NCBI GenBank assembly: GCA_973895155.1
Contig: OZ316896.1
Coordinates: 4,006,738-4,070,737 of the forward strand
Origin: Marsupella aquatica
Taxonomy: Eukaryota > Plantae > Marchantiophyta
Length of the DNA: 64,000 nt
Direction of reading: 5' to 3'
In this document: positions 48,210-62,700 of the stretch, one piece after another
Numbering within the stretch: the first letter of the stretch is position 1
Layout: each line of letters opens with the position of its first letter
The notes under the pieces: model-generated
The model's database searches: none
The model's input: only the letters and a program-made list of their open reading frames with translations
What the model was told of the DNA's origin: nothing
Program-made: the position numbers and the translations under genes

Positions 48210-50819
48210 CTACTGTAATCCAATCGTTTCACTCTGCTTCGTTTTCCCCGCCTGTGTTTTGTGCATTCAAGTCTCTGCAGCAGACAGGCAAGCAGCGAGC
48301 AACCACTGATCAACAGGGATACCAGATTGTTAACAACGACGGAAGAAAATCTTGCAAACAGAGGCACGGATACACCATTCCATTCACAAGTATCACATTA
48401 AACCCCTGGTAGCGACACAGGCATAGAGCCGAATGCACCACGCTAGACGGGGTGACAAGGAGGAAATGCAGGCTCTACATATTAAACGGGATATGCACTT
48501 GTGCACCAACAAGCCACTTCTGTCATATCCGACAACAGGTACGGTACCCTCCCTCTCTCCCTCTATGCAATATGCCAACAACCAGTTGCAATCAACCTCA
48601 TTTCTCTCTCTAACTCGCTCCGTACAATGCAGCAGCCTATGCCAACAACCATGCAATCCAATGGAGCAGTCATGATAAAGCTGACCTCCAACGTGACTAA
48701 CCTCCAACGTGCATCTAGATGGACGTACAGAGGAACACACAGACAGCTCCTGTCAGTGAAGAGAGCGGGAACGAAAAATCCTAATAAGAGAGCATCTATT
48801 TCAGTGCTTTTGTTCTTCTTCCGTGTTCTTTAGCATGAACTGCTCCTCCCCCACTCATGAAATCACACTCCCCCTAGAAGTACCATACGAACAGTACGTG
48901 ACAAAGCCCAGCTACTGCCAGACTCAGATACCGTCTGGAGAGATATTTCCATACCAATGGCGAGCCATTTCCATACCTACTGATCGGGTTTCGCGCTCTC
49001 TGTCACCGGGAGGTGTACAGTGTTCCGAACAACATCATCATTCAATTCACCAGCGCATGCAAGGCGCCCCGAGAGCTCGGAAGGCAGCAGACAGAATGAT
49101 GGACGACGGCGAGTCACCAGCAAGAGGAGACCTACTTCGACTGCTGCCACATGAACAAATCTACACATATTATATTCATATTAATAATCCTGTGGCTAGC
49201 TCCTTGCTGAGACCGACAGAGGGCGGAGACAATCGAGGCAGCAGTGGAGCATTCCAATTCGGTCTCCAAGGACAGTAGGTGCTTGGATGAATCCCCTCGC
49301 AGTCACTCTTTGTCGTAGTACTCTATTTCGTTCTTTCCCAAGCTCATCACCTCCACGTCACGCACCTACATTCCTGCTCCCGACCTCCACCTCCCAATCC
49401 TCACACCCGCTGTCGATCCACCATCGATCGATCGACGAGCTCTCTCATTCCCATCGACGAGCCATGATTTCACTTTCACTTCCTCTCAACCTCGACGACT
49501 GGACTGAGCGCATTTCAACAACTCTTCTTGCGGGGGGAACGAACGCATCCACCGGCCATCGCCGGTCCGACCTCCCTCCGCGTTCTTGACTCCCCTGCAC
49601 GAACTGGCAGTCACCAGTTCCGCCACTTATCCAAACCGGCAACGCCCGGCGGACTCGCGTGTCCATGATTCTGCCACTGCGGTTCGTTCCCCCGCTTGGA
49701 CACCGGGCACGCGCCCCCCCAGGGCACGGAGATTCTTCGTCGAACCGGCAGTAGCCCGTCGCGGCGTGTCACGTACCGGCCATGACTATAATCAGTGTCT
49801 TTCTGACGGGATTCACGAAACGAATGCGAGAGGGTGACCTGTAATGCCTGGCTGACTTGCCCTTGAACCACCGGTCATGCCAGTCGTGACTGTAGCTCCA
49901 GAGGGTGAAACGGAGGGTGCTCCGTTTCGCGCTATGACGGTTGGCTCGGCAACCGGGTAACCAACGACCCTTGTACCACAGCTACGCTAGCCAGTCACAG
50001 TTACCTGGTACTGTAGTGGGAATTAGGCCTGCATAAAATAATGAAATACACAAAGTTGTCACCCAGCATTAAAAATATGGTGCCCCAAAAATGGTAGGCT
50101 GAAAACAAAATGCGTCCAGTGACTGAGAATCATTGGTTGGGAAAACTTTTAATGGCCACCAGTGAAAGTTTGCAAGAAAGTGAGAAATAACTTATTACAG
50201 CTGAGAATAGTGAACCAAATTAGTTCGTGGACCCCTTGGCTAATAAAATCAGGGGGAAAAGTAGATTTGACCCATCTCCATTTCTTATTTCCGGAAATCT
50301 CGTCTGTCCATCATAATGGTCAATCTATGGCTCAAAAGAAAGATCTCAAATAGATCTATGGATGGGTTCTGTCCATTTTGCAAATGGGTTAATATTTTTC
50401 AAATGAAAAATTAAACAAATCCAAGCCTTCTTAGCTGTCAATTTTGTTGATTTTATGATCTTTGTCGTCCATTTTGTAATGCCTCTAGAAATCTTACTCA
50501 TCCATGTTAGAAGGCGATCTAGGGTGCAAAAAAAAGATCTCAATGAGATCTACGACTGGGTATTTTTTATTTTGAGAATGAGTGAATAGTTTTGAGTATA
50601 AAATTCGATGAACTTTCAAGATTCCAGCCATTCCTCTTCCCCAATCCTGGGTTTCTATGTGCTCTTCCCAGCATTAATGGCCGTACAATACGAGAGGTCC
50701 TTGCATACCAGGAGTTGCGGTTTAACAAGGAAGTTATCAAGTTAGTTATTAGTCATTATTTATTATATGAAAAATACTTTTTATAAATCTTTGAATTTAA
50801 GTTTTAAAATTGGAAATGT

Positions 50820-51056
50820 AACTAAAACGGTTACATAGTGACGGTTTTAACCGTCTTGCTCTTTGCATTTCCAATGTTTTTACTTTTCTTTTTATGGCAC
50901 GGCGTCCCAAAATTTGCACCCAAATTGACACAAACACGAATGAAAACTATAAGTTTGATTCACAAAACCGACGAGTCTTGTTTGTTGCGGTTGTTGTTGA
51001 CATGGCACGCTGTGGTGCCAGGAATTTTGGAAGGGACCTCTAGTGGGGTCCGTAAA
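50820..51056. repeat. Dispersed repeat copy, inverted relative to a copy at about 53198-53400
   Basis: ggtgccaggaattttggaagggacctctagtggggtccgta is nearly the reverse complement of tatggaccccactagagatcccttccaaacttccaggcacc; cacaaacacgaatg versus cattcgtgtttgtg. Confidence 0.7.
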
Positions 51057-52750
51057 TACAAGTGTGGTAGGCCCACGAATGCAGTTCATCATGCATATAT
51101 GTGATATTACCAAGGAGCTCTTTGGTCCCCAGAAGATTGAAGGAAACTCTCTCCTATTTTCTACAACTCAGCTATATGCGGTTCCACATGTATGCAATCA
51201 CCTTGCAGATCCCAATGCGAGGCAAGGTGATTCAGTGATTCACAACTAAGCTCGCAACTAAGGGCCACTTTAAATGAGCTTAGCCCCATTTCTGATGTTT
51301 ATCTTTCAGCCTAAAAGTTCACATTGGTTCTCCAAATAAATTGAGGGGGGTGGACCTCAGCCCAATGTAAGCTACCCATTAAGCCTCCATTGTTATCAAT
51401 GACTGAAACGAGAGATCAATTTTGAATGCCAGACAAATTCTATATATTTCTGGCATAAATCACGGACATCACTCCTCCCAAACATAGTTTTTCAATATTT
51501 ATTCATTCAGTTTGTGCTTGGTAATTCATCCACTCTCCCAAGGCCATGGCCTGTAAAACCTTTAGGCTGACCTACTTGGGGATTACAACCCATAACCTAC
51601 TCAAGAGGTCGGTTGTCCTACATCAAAAAAACATTTTGGGTCATTTGGATGCTTATTTTATGCAGAATAGATTAGTGCAAATTTCTGTATTTGTTTGATG
51701 TCTTTTTATGACACTTGATCGATAATGTTCACCTAAAATATTGGATATACAATCACATTGACAAAAGAATATATGCATCTATTGCAAAATGGAGTTTGAT
51801 ATCCAAAACATTTGTCAGTTTGATATACATTTCTTACACTCCCGAATTTGGATATCACATGGATATACCACCCACTTTTGTGATCTACACCAAACCAATA
51901 ACTTAGGCCTAACTCTCTGTAAAGTGAGCTTTTTCTTCTTTTGCCTTGGTTTTCAATGGCCAGCAATTTGCTCAAACGGTTTTTAACTATGCCACCCCAA
52001 AATTGCACAAAATTACTAAGTTGGACCCAAACTAATTTAATTAAGAATTTGCCCCTGTGGAGGTAATTGGACTGCCAAAATAAGCTCAAGTGGTTTAAGG
52101 GGGGGCAACTAGTAATAAAAATAGTTTTGGGGCCAACTTAGTAATACATCCCTCAAAACACATTTGGGGGTTGAGGGATGTCTGGGTTCATTCAAAGTGG
52201 CCATAGGATTGGATGCATGCAGTCCATACAAATGGGGATTAATTTGGTGAATGAAACAAACTCTACCAGAGTTCAGCCTCCAAACCAAATCCAAAGCCCT
52301 GCACAAATAAACGAGCCAAGAGTGGAAACTACTAGCCAGGTTAAATGTTTCTTGTTATTAGCCAGGATGGTGTATGTCACCTTATGTGAAGGAGAAGATG
52401 CTAAAAATATTCTTTATCAACCTTTCCTATGCTAATTTCTCAGCATTAGATCAACGTGGATTTGGGGATAATCGTCGGATTCTGGCTAATGGGGTCTGTG
52501 GCTAGGTGAGAAACTGGTTAATCAAAGGCAAAACTACTGGGAGACTTTTGCCAAAAGTGAGGAAAAGTTTTCAGTAAGATGGAATCTGGTAAATTTTGCC
52601 ACCAAGGATAACACTACAAAGTACCTTACATGGAGCACACAAGTACAAAAAGGAGGACAGAGTCCAGAGAGAGAGGATGCTAACCTAGAAAAAAGCATGA
52701 TGTACAAAATCTAGGACTTAATTTGTGAGCAATTGTGGTGTTAGATTTTG

Positions 52751-54115
52751 GAGGTATATGCTTGATGGGACCCTTGTTAAGTGACAGGCCCCTACTAAAC
52801 CATTGTTACAAACTAGGCCCCCACAAAAATGTTGTTACCAAATAGGCCCCCTGCATAGGTTCAGTACAACATGGTTCTTATTTGATGCCTAAATTAATGC
52901 ATGGTCGACCATACATTTCCCGCCACAATCCATTGCACATTGCATCGCAGTCCACCGCCCGTCTGTCTATGCTTGATTACATAATGGATTATGTCTTCAC
53001 ATGATTATAGAGATTTAAGGGATCCACCACTATAGGATAGTGGGTTCAGACAACATTTAGTCTAAACACTTAGTCCAGTTCTTGCAGTCTAGCAAAAATT
53101 TGCGGTTATGATTGACTTCATGGTGTAGTTGTTTCACACTTAGGCAATTTTTAAAAGTTGTAACAAGGGAAAACAGCCAAGAGTAGAAGATCATTGGTTA
53201 TGGACCCCACTAGAGATCCCTTCCAAACTTCCAGGCACCATAGCACGCCACATCATCCAGATGCGCCGCAAACAGGTACATATTGGTTTACAAAACAAAA
53301 TTTGCTTCAACATTCGTGTTTGTGGCATGATTTTGGTAAAATCAAGGACGCCATGCCGTAAAACTTGATGTAATTTTTTTTTAAACTAACCGTTTTATTT
53401 ACTCTAGGTAACAAAATGTTGAAGTAATCATAGACTCGTAACCGCTTTTTTAACCCTGAATAACCGACTGCCCACCCTCTGGTTCAATTAAGTAATTAAT
53501 TAATTAATTATATATCCTGCACTCGCTTGTCCTCCGGATCACACAGAGGGTATCCTAACAACTTCTGTTTGAACTGCTTTATGCTTCGTTGAGCCCTAGG
53601 CGAGAAAGCACTTGAGTCAATGGCCACAATAGCCATTCAATTCAAAATAGATGGGGGTCCACGAACTAATTCCTTCCATACTTAGACAAATTGTCTTCAT
53701 TCCACACTTGGACAATTTTTAAAAGTTACAATAGGGACCAATGGCCAAATGTAGAGGATTTATTCCATAATTAGATAATAGGACAAAGATAAACATCATG
53801 CAAACCCTGTGCATAGTTTTTGTGAAGCCTAAAGACAAAATTCAAACCTGAAGACATGAATCGTATTGTCTTCACTTAGGAACTTGCAATTCGCTTGATG
53901 GTGTAGTTTGTCATTCACCATGGTTGACTATAAACTTCACAGTAGCTCTTATTGGTGATAATATTAAGCTAAAACTCCGGGTAAAACTCCTTATAGGAAC
54001 TTTACAAGAGCATCTAACACAAAAGTGTATGAGGGGGCCTAGTTTGTAACAAAAATTTCATCAAGGCCTATCACCTAAATTTCTTTTGGCTGGGTTCCCA
54101 TCAAGCATATACCTC
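52751..54115. mobile_element. Non-autonomous Mutator-like element (MULE) with TIRs and perfect 9-bp TSD
   Basis: Left end gaggtatatgcttgatggga...tgttacaaactaggccccc; right end gggggcctagtttgtaaca...tcccatcaagcatatacctc. TSD tagattttg at 52742-52750 and 54116-54124. Confidence 0.9.
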
Positions 54116-57100
54116 TAGATTTTGCCCTCATTTTGCGGACACAGTTATTGTTTCATCCCTTCATAATATATGTACGGGAAATATTGGCCTAGTTTAAGAA
54201 ACAGCGTAGTTATTTCTTTACATACAAACTGTGGGGAAGGGTTTTCTACTCTAATATAAGAGTAGGCTAAAATGTAGCTCTAGGCCAATGAAAAGCGCCA
54301 TTTCACAAACTTTATGAATAGGGTACTGTACTGGCTGGTTAGTAGACAATGTGGCATGTAATGCACATCAAGGTCTTTAGCCTAAGTTTGGGGGGCACAA
54401 TTCCAATTACCAGAAAGTCAACTCTCAGTAAAACTTGAGTGAGTTTTTGAGAGAAACAAAACAAAGTAAGATCCCTGCCAGGATCCCTGAAATTAAGGTC
54501 ATGCAATAGTGAAGTCAAAAGGCCAGAATTTGAGGCCCATACATACTATTCTTTGGCAAAATTTGAGTTGTGGTATTTTTATTTTTGTTTTATGTGGGTA
54601 ACCTTTGTACTTTGAATTACTCTTGAAGTTTGACGGAAATTGCCTAAATAATTTTCTCTTCAAAGTGAGGTTTGTACAGTCTACCATGTCTAAATGCAGG
54701 TTCCCAGGAACACACCCCAAGCATGCAGTTATCCATGCTATGCACTTCATCATAAGTGCATGTAGCGATTCTCCATATGTGCCTGTTGCACTTCCCAATA
54801 ATTATATATGAAATGCTTATGCACTTCCACAGATGTCCTGTCAGGTCATACACATCTATTTCTCATACCCAGAATCCTTGTAGTGCACGATTCAACTAGA
54901 TAAGTGCATGAAACTGCAATGTGTAGTTGTATGCTGCACTTATCAATAAATGCTTCTAACAGATGTGTTGCCCCGTGTGTTGCAATGATGATTAATGCAT
55001 CTATACACATATAGACAGAAAATGCCCTTATATATTTGTTGTTAGTGATGGGAAACGTGCACTTACAGACTGTGCATTTTTTGGTGCATTCACAAAGGAA
55101 TTTGCTGTACTATGGAGGGACTACACAACCACCCTGCAGTTACCCATGGAATGCAATTATACAAATTGCACTCATCCACCCTAGACTTTACTGTAGAAAG
55201 AATTGCCCTAAATCTTACATAACCAATTTTACTCTTTAAAGCCTTAAGTAAGCATGGGAAGTGACCTCTTTGAACAAATTGTTTGGAATGGACAGTCGAA
55301 CTTATTGCTTGGCTAGCAAATTGTGCAGTGTTTCCGTATTCTAGTGGGAGAGTGTTTTTTTTCTATCATTTTCATAAATTTTTAAATTAATATCTACCTA
55401 TATCTATATATTATATGTGTAGTTAATTGGTGTTGGGGAATTAAAGTATACTGACGTGTAGGGTGAGAATCAAAGCTACCATAGATCCCAATGTTTCACA
55501 AGATGTTTGGATGGACTATCAAAACATATAGACCATCCTGAAACATTCTTTACTCTAATAAGAAGACACTTCCTTTGTCTAAAGAACAATTTCTGGTCTC
55601 AAAAGGCGTTTGGTGTTGCAATTATTAGGTCAAATGTGGTGGTTCAGCTTGACTTCAACTTGACCATGCATTTTCGTAAAATACTTTAATTTAATGGAGA
55701 GTTCCTACTGGAGTTCCCACTTTTCTGGGGTTGCCTAGATTGCCACCTTTCATTTGCCAAATATCACTACTCGCCATCATTTTTAGATTAATTATTACGA
55801 TGACATTTTTTGGCCGCGGCCATATTGTCGTCACATTGGAGAATCTCATCACCCCAGGAGCAGGGTTCTAAGGGGGCACTCTAGACATAGGGGAAACCAG
55901 GGTGCGGTGGAACACACATGGAAGGCAAAACCCTGCTCTAGAGGACTAGTAGTGGGTGTGCATGCATCTTATCCAAGGTTGATGGAAACCATCAGATTAT
56001 TAATGTACAATCTAAGAGCCCAGGTCTCTGGGCCATCAGATCTGAGTGCCCAGGTCTCACTGTGTGGAGCCCCCCATCACCTGCAACCTCTTGTACACCT
56101 AAAACTTGGAAAAGATAAAATATGTTACCCCTCTTAATTTGAAATATTTCTTGGAATTTTCCAAATTAAGGCTAAATAAACGCTACTCTTCTTACAAGTC
56201 TCAAGATTGGGATTTGAAGACCCTAATATTGTTCCAGAATGTTTTAGGTCCACACCTCATTCTAGGGTCTTCAAATCCTAGAACAAATTCACCTCCCTTA
56301 GAACGAATAAAATGGCCCTTTGCCTTGTTCCACATGATGTGTCATTTTGGCTGAAGTAAGACCCCTCGAGGTTAGGTGACTTAACAAAAAAATGGCATTG
56401 TTAATCTAAGTATAAAAGTAATGTGACAAGTTGTGATATTCCCCAAAACAGGGTGGCAATCTAGTAAACCTCAATCCACTTTTTATGTCCTCTTTTATTC
56501 TTTTGTAATTGGCCTTGTTAGAGTAGTCACATTATTTAGTAAAATAGGTAAAAGGTTTGAGAAATATGATACCACATCCAAGACCACACCTCATTCTCCA
56601 ACTACGTTCTCTGCCAAAATTTTCAGTTAATTACTTTTTAGCAAACCTAAATATTTAAGTGGGCCAGTAGCCATGCAATAGGGACTGAGCAATCAAGGTG
56701 AGCATGCCAGGGCCGTGTGTGGACCCTCGCCCCTCACCAGAGGTAAAATAAGGAAACCACCGGTACCTGTGAACAAACCCCCCACACCCTTTTCTAAGTT
56801 TTTTCACCACAAAATATTCCCTTGTTACCCTAATATACTAGTTTCTCAATGATGTTTTGGACATTCACGTTATCATAATGACCATTTTGGAAGAATAAAA
56901 TGGTCTTCAAGCATTATCAATGATTTCAACAGTTATAAATGAACTCAGATGCTATTTCAGAACAATGCATCAAAATCAATACCATAGACATTCTAGACAA
57001 TGGAGATGTTAAAAAATGCTGCAAAAAATCTTTATTTAGTGTCCCACTCTTGAAGGAGGGACAAAAACCTTTCACTAATCATAAGCCAATGAAACTAACC

Positions 57101-57992
57101 TACACTGGTCAATCCAATTAGTATTACTCACTCTAATCCAAGAGCAGAGAAGCTTTTGGGCTCTAGTCATGAATTAGTGTGACTTATCCGGTCATAACAC
57201 TATATTACTGTGTGGATGGTTTAGTGCTACTTTGGACTCAAGAGTGGAAATTAAAATAGTTGGGAAATTTTATTTTGAATCGTTTCGATACGGGGTTTGA
57301 TATTAATGTGGACTCAAGATCACTCATCTTTTATGAACACTTGAAAACAAAAGTGGAGAAATACCAGCAAGAATTAGTGTTGAAGATCACACTCACCAAA
57401 ATGAATGTTACTAGCATTAATTCTTACATAACACTATTTGCGGTATATAATTTAGTATATTGACCAGACTTCCTTATTTATTGTAACCCTCCTGGAAAGA
57501 GGGAAAGAAACCTTACTATGCGGCATGAACACAGTGCTTTCTAATCCCTCTAACATTATCTTAGACAGTAATAGCTAAGTGAGGAACATTATAAACTGAC
57601 AGAACCACTGGCAGATCCCACTAGTTTCAAGTAGATCAGGAACCAAATAGCTAGACCATCCTCCTCAGTGAAGCATACTTCTCTACAGGCCACAAAATAT
57701 GCTGCCAGAAGTGATCAGGCACCACCTTCATACCCACTAGAATATATTTTAAAGTTGGTTCATACATCCTTACAAGGATCTATGAACTCTGCACATAGAT
57801 TACAAATATCATCAACATCACAACAAACACAACTCCATTCCTCCAATCCTCAACATTGGAGCTTGATCAATTAAATACAGTCAATTGCCTCTATAGCCTT
57901 CCTCCTAGGATTCCAAGATGGTTTCTGTGCAACTGGCCTCCCGCCTTGCTTCTGACGTACCTTTGGTTCAGGGCTGCCAAGTGTGCTGGTTA

Positions 57993-58431
57993 TGTTGGGT
58001 ATTTACTCTTACGTCTAGGTTAGGTATGACGTGGTTGGTACAACAACGTGGGTTGGTACAACTACGTGGTTAGGTACAACTACGTGATTAGGTACAACTA
58101 TGTGGTTAGGTACAACTACGTGATTAGGTACAACTACGTGATTAGGTACAACTATGTGGTTAGGTACAACTAAGTTGCACACTATATCATAAGAGGCATG
58201 TGTGCTTGGAGAGGTAGAACCAAGGCTCATTGTTATGGAGCCACTTGAGAGATAGGGAGAGCTTACACTGTGGAGACTCGGTATAGCCGATGGGCTTAGA
58301 GTTCAGTAAAGCTCTCTTGTGTGTTCCCGTGGACGTAGCCTCAAGGAGGTGAACCACGTATCTCTTGTGTCGACTATTGTGCGGTGGATGGTTCATGGGC
58401 TTGCCGTTGCGATCATCGTCTATACTCAACA
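57993..58431 (+). repeat. 5' LTR (439 bp) with 18-bp tandem array
   Basis: Differs from the 3' LTR by about 4 substitutions and one extra 18-bp unit (aactacgtg.ttaggtac). Confidence 0.95.
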
Positions 58432-58433
58432 AT

Positions 58434-58445
58434 TGGTATCAGAGC
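58434..58445 (+). other. Primer-binding site (initiator tRNA-Met)
   Basis: tggtatcagagc 2 nt after the 5' LTR, the canonical plant copia PBS. Confidence 0.9.
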
Positions 58446-58869
58446 ATGCTTGGGAGGTGACGTGTGTTCGTGACGGGATTTCATGACGGTTTTTCCAGCG
58501 TTGAGTATTGGTGGATTTTCCAGAGTTCCATCGCATGGAACTTGGAGTTTATGGGCTCAACGGATAGATCAGGGCAAGAGCTTTCTAACGGTGTGAAGAA
58601 ATCGTTGAACGGAGCTCGTGGTGCAGAGAGATCTAAGTTTTCGTCATTCTGGATTTTGTGAAGAAAGTTGGCAATCGACTCGGAGGGAGAAGCGTCAAGT
58701 GTTTTGACTCAACGGAGAGATTGAGGCAAGACGATTGTTTTTGAGTCCGGGATTGGCTCTTTGATGCAAAGAGGAAGGCTAAGCAAAATCAATTACCTTG
58801 TTGGACTTGGTGACGGCACCAAGTGCAATTGATCAACATTCATTGTTGACAAGGTACCATTTTTTTCTT

Positions 58870-59709
58870 GGGGGACCCAAGTATGAAGTGACAAAGTATG
58901 ATGGGCACTCTGACTACTTGCTATGGGAGAAGCAGGTGAAGGGAGTGCTTTATGCATCAGGGATGGGCCAACCGCTGAGCCCTCGTGAAGACGATGTTGA
59001 TGAGAAACAATGGGACCGCATGCAGGAGCAGGGAGTGTGGTGTGTTACACTCTATCTCATGCCTCCCATCATCAAGCAGTTGGGTGCACATAAGGATTGC
59101 ATGTCCTTGTTTGCGGAATTGCAGAGCAAGTATCACCGCAAGGAGTTATCGAACCGGCTCTACACTTCCTACAAACTGATGAGTTTCAGGATGAAGGAAT
59201 CTGGTATGAAGTTGCAAGACCATGTGGATGCTTTCAACGACATGGTCGTTGACTTGGAAAACCTTGGGGAGACTTTGAATGATTAGACGAAGGCTCTGCA
59301 GCTTCTTAGTTCATTGCCTCCATCTTACCAGTCCCTATCACGAGTGTTGTTGCATCGTGATAGGGATACCATTTCATACAATGACGTGGTAAGTTCTCTG
59401 CTTAGTGATGATCTTCAGCAGAAGATGCACATCACGTCACAGCCTTCATCATCTGGTGCTGCCCTCAATGTTAATCGTGGGAGGAGTATGCAGCGACCAA
59501 CTGGGGACCGTAGAACCCAGTTTAGATCTAAATCCAGATCTAAGTCCAAGGGTAAATCCCCTCAGAGGAGGCAGGTGACATGTTGGAAGTGCAACCAAGT
59601 TGGACACTTCAAGCGAGACTGTAAGGGAAAGGCAGCGGAAACTTCATCGGCAAATGTGGCTAGGGCTGATGGAGAAGCTAATTTACTCAATGATGAGTAT
59701 GTTTTATGA
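58870..59709 (+). pseudogene. gag: copia gag, with premature TAG at 59284-59286 and no clear ATG
   Basis: KYEVTKYDGHSDYLLWEKQVK...LENLGETLND*TKALQLLSSLPPSY...CWKCNQVGHFKRDC (CCHC zinc knuckle). Confidence 0.85.
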
Positions 59710-62700
59710 AGCTGGGGGTATGCCCTGTGCACGTCATCTAGGAGAGCAGATGATGTGTGGATTCTTGATTGTGCTTGCTCTTTTCATATTTGTTACATTC
59801 GTGAGTTTTTCAGTTCTTACTCTGTTTCAAACGGTTCAGTTCTGATGGGAAATGATCACTCCTGTCAAATTGAGGGAATTGGGTCTGTGAAGATTCAAAT
59901 GTTTGATGGCGCTGTGCGCACAGTGTCCGGAGTCAAGTATGTACCTGGCATGCGTAAGAATCTGATTTCACTCGATGTGTTGGATTCAAATGGTCATCAA
60001 TGGAGCGTTATTGATGGTGAACTTCAAGTCAGGTCGGGAGAGACAGTGATTTTGAAGGGGAGTAGACAAAAGAATTTGTATGTGTTACAGGGCAATACTG
60101 TATGTGGAGAGGCCAATGTAACCAAGTCTCACGAGGAGATGACTCAACTGTGGCATTCACGGCTAGGCCACATGAGTGAGAAGGGTTTGGCTATCTTACG
60201 GAAGAATGGACTCATTTCTGATTTGCAATCTTGTAAATTAGAGTTTTGTGAGCATTGCATTCTTGGAAAGCAGCATCGTCGTGCTTTTGGTGTTGGAACT
60301 CATCGTTCCAAAGCGGTTCTTGAGTACATACATAGTGACGTGTGGGGTCCATCCCCGACTCCCTCACACTCTGGAAAGTTGTACTATGTATCATTTATTG
60401 ATGATTACTCAAGATTTGTGTGGATTTATTTCATGACGCATAAGTCTGATGTCTTGTCCATTTTTAAGAAGTGGAAGGCCCAGGTGGAGAATCAGACTGG
60501 AAACACGATCAAGTGTTTGGATACAAGGGTGAAGAGTCTGAGGTCAGACAACGGCGGGGAGTACACTTCAATGGAATTTGAAGAGTACTGTTCAGAACAG
60601 GGGATAACTCGCCATCTCACCATAGTTTATACTCCGCAGCAGAATGGTGTCGCTGAGAGGCTCAATCGGACACTGTTGGAGCGGTCACGGAGTATGTTGA
60701 GCCAATCAGGTTTACCACAAGAATTTTGGGCAGAAGCTGTCAATGCCGCAGCTTATTTGGTAAATCTTTCTCCTTCTAGTGCTATCAATTTCAAAACGCC
60801 GTTTGAGATGCGCTATAAGCGGCAAGCAGACTATCATGGCTTGGTAGTTTTTGGAAGTGATGCATATGCTCTCACACCGAAGCAGAATAGGACCAAGTTG
60901 GATCCTACCTCCAGGAAATGTGTTTTTCTTGGGTACCAGAGTGGTGTGAAACCCTATAGGCTATGGGATCCTATTGCCTGTAAGCTCGTTGTCAGTAGGG
61001 ATGTTTCATTCAATGAATCCAGATTATTGAAGGAGGGGGAGAATACTCAGGTCTCCCGTACTGACAAAGGAAAATCTCCTATCCCGGATCTCGTTGAGGG
61101 GGAGATTGGTTATGAGGTGCATGACCGGAGAGAAGGAGTTGCTCCAATTATGGAGCTGGTTCCTGTGCCAGAGGAACCAGAGGAGTTTGTTGATGCTGGT
61201 GAGCAGCAAGTGGATGCTGTTGAGCTTCAAATTGTACCAGCACACGTAGATCAACCGGAGTCATCGGCTAGAAGAACATCTGGTCGCACTGTACGCGCTC
61301 CACCAAGGTATGGACAGTGGGTTGATTCATCTCAACTGCAAGAGGATGATTTTACAACTGATGATGAGGGTGATGCGTTAATTTTGGAAGAAGGGGAACC
61401 TTCTTCATTTCATGAGGCAAGTGCTTCAAAGGAGAAGCAGAAGTGGACTGCAGCAATGCAAACGGAGATGCAGTCACTAAAGGACAACAAAACTTGGGAG
61501 CTTGTTAAGCTGCCTAAGGGTCAGCAAGTGGTGGACAGCAAGTGGATTTACAAGCTGAAGGATAATTCCATAGGAGGTGGATCGAAGGTCTACAAGGCTA
61601 GATTGGTAGCAAAGGGATTCACACAAGAGAAAGGTGTGGATTACAATGAGGTCTTCTCACCAGTTGCTAAGTACTCTACAATACGACTATTGTGTGTACT
61701 TGTTATAATTTTTGGTCTGCTGCTAGATCAGATGGATATTGTCACAGCTTTCCTCTATGGCACATTGGAAGAGGTGATCTTCATGAGACAACCGCTAGGT
61801 TTTGTGAAGAGAGGACAGGAGGAATTGGTTTGCAGATTGCTGAAATCCTTGTATGGGTTGAAGCAGTCACCAAGACAGTGGAACAAGCGGTTTGACGATT
61901 GGATTCGGTCACAAGGTTTTCACAGAAGTGTATTTGACCCTTGTGTGTATTTGAAACCGGTAAAGAATGTTGTCTTTGGGTTCATTGTTTTAGTACTTTA
62001 TGTGGATGATATGCTAATTGTAGCGAAGGATAGGTCTGAGATTGTTAAGCTCAAGGCACTGCTTAGTGCAGAGTTTAAGATGAAGGACTTAGGGCCAGCT
62101 AAGAGGATTTTGGGTATGGAGATCACTAGGGACTTGGAGCCTGGCAAGCTATGGTTGACGCAGAGCAGTTATGCGAGGAAGGTAATTGCAAGGTTCAACA
62201 TGGGGAATAGCAAGCCAGTAAGTACCCCATTGGCTCCACACTTCAAGTTATCATTAGCGTTCTGTCCTACGGATGACACAGAGAAGGGGTTGATGTCAAA
62301 GGTTCTGTATGACAAGGCAGTGGGGAGTCTCATGTATTTGATGACTTGCACTAGACCTGATCTTGCCATGGCTATGGGCAAGGTGAGCAGGTACATGTCG
62401 AATCCAGGGAAGGTACACTGGGAAGCAGTGAAGTGGATTATCAGGTACTTGAAGGGTACCGTGGATCATGGTCTTTTATTTGATGCGAATGCAAAGAATG
62501 CTAAATCATTGATTGGCTATGTTGATTCTGACTATGGACAAGATTTGGACCGAAGGAGATCAACAACAGGATACGTGTTCATACTTGGCGGTGGATGCAT
62601 AAATTGGAGGTCTACTTTGCAGAAGTGTATTGCTCAGTCTACTACAAAAGCGGAGTATGTTGCAGCTGCGGAAGCAGCAAAGGAATCGATTTGGTTGGAT

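Noticed and set aside
51100-51600. Possible CACTA transposase remnant (ILKNYV on the minus strand)
   Set aside because: Match is too short and no CACTA termini were found.
58015-58230. ORF with (VVPNH)n repeats, also at 63195-63392
   Set aside because: Antisense translation of the 18-bp LTR tandem repeat.
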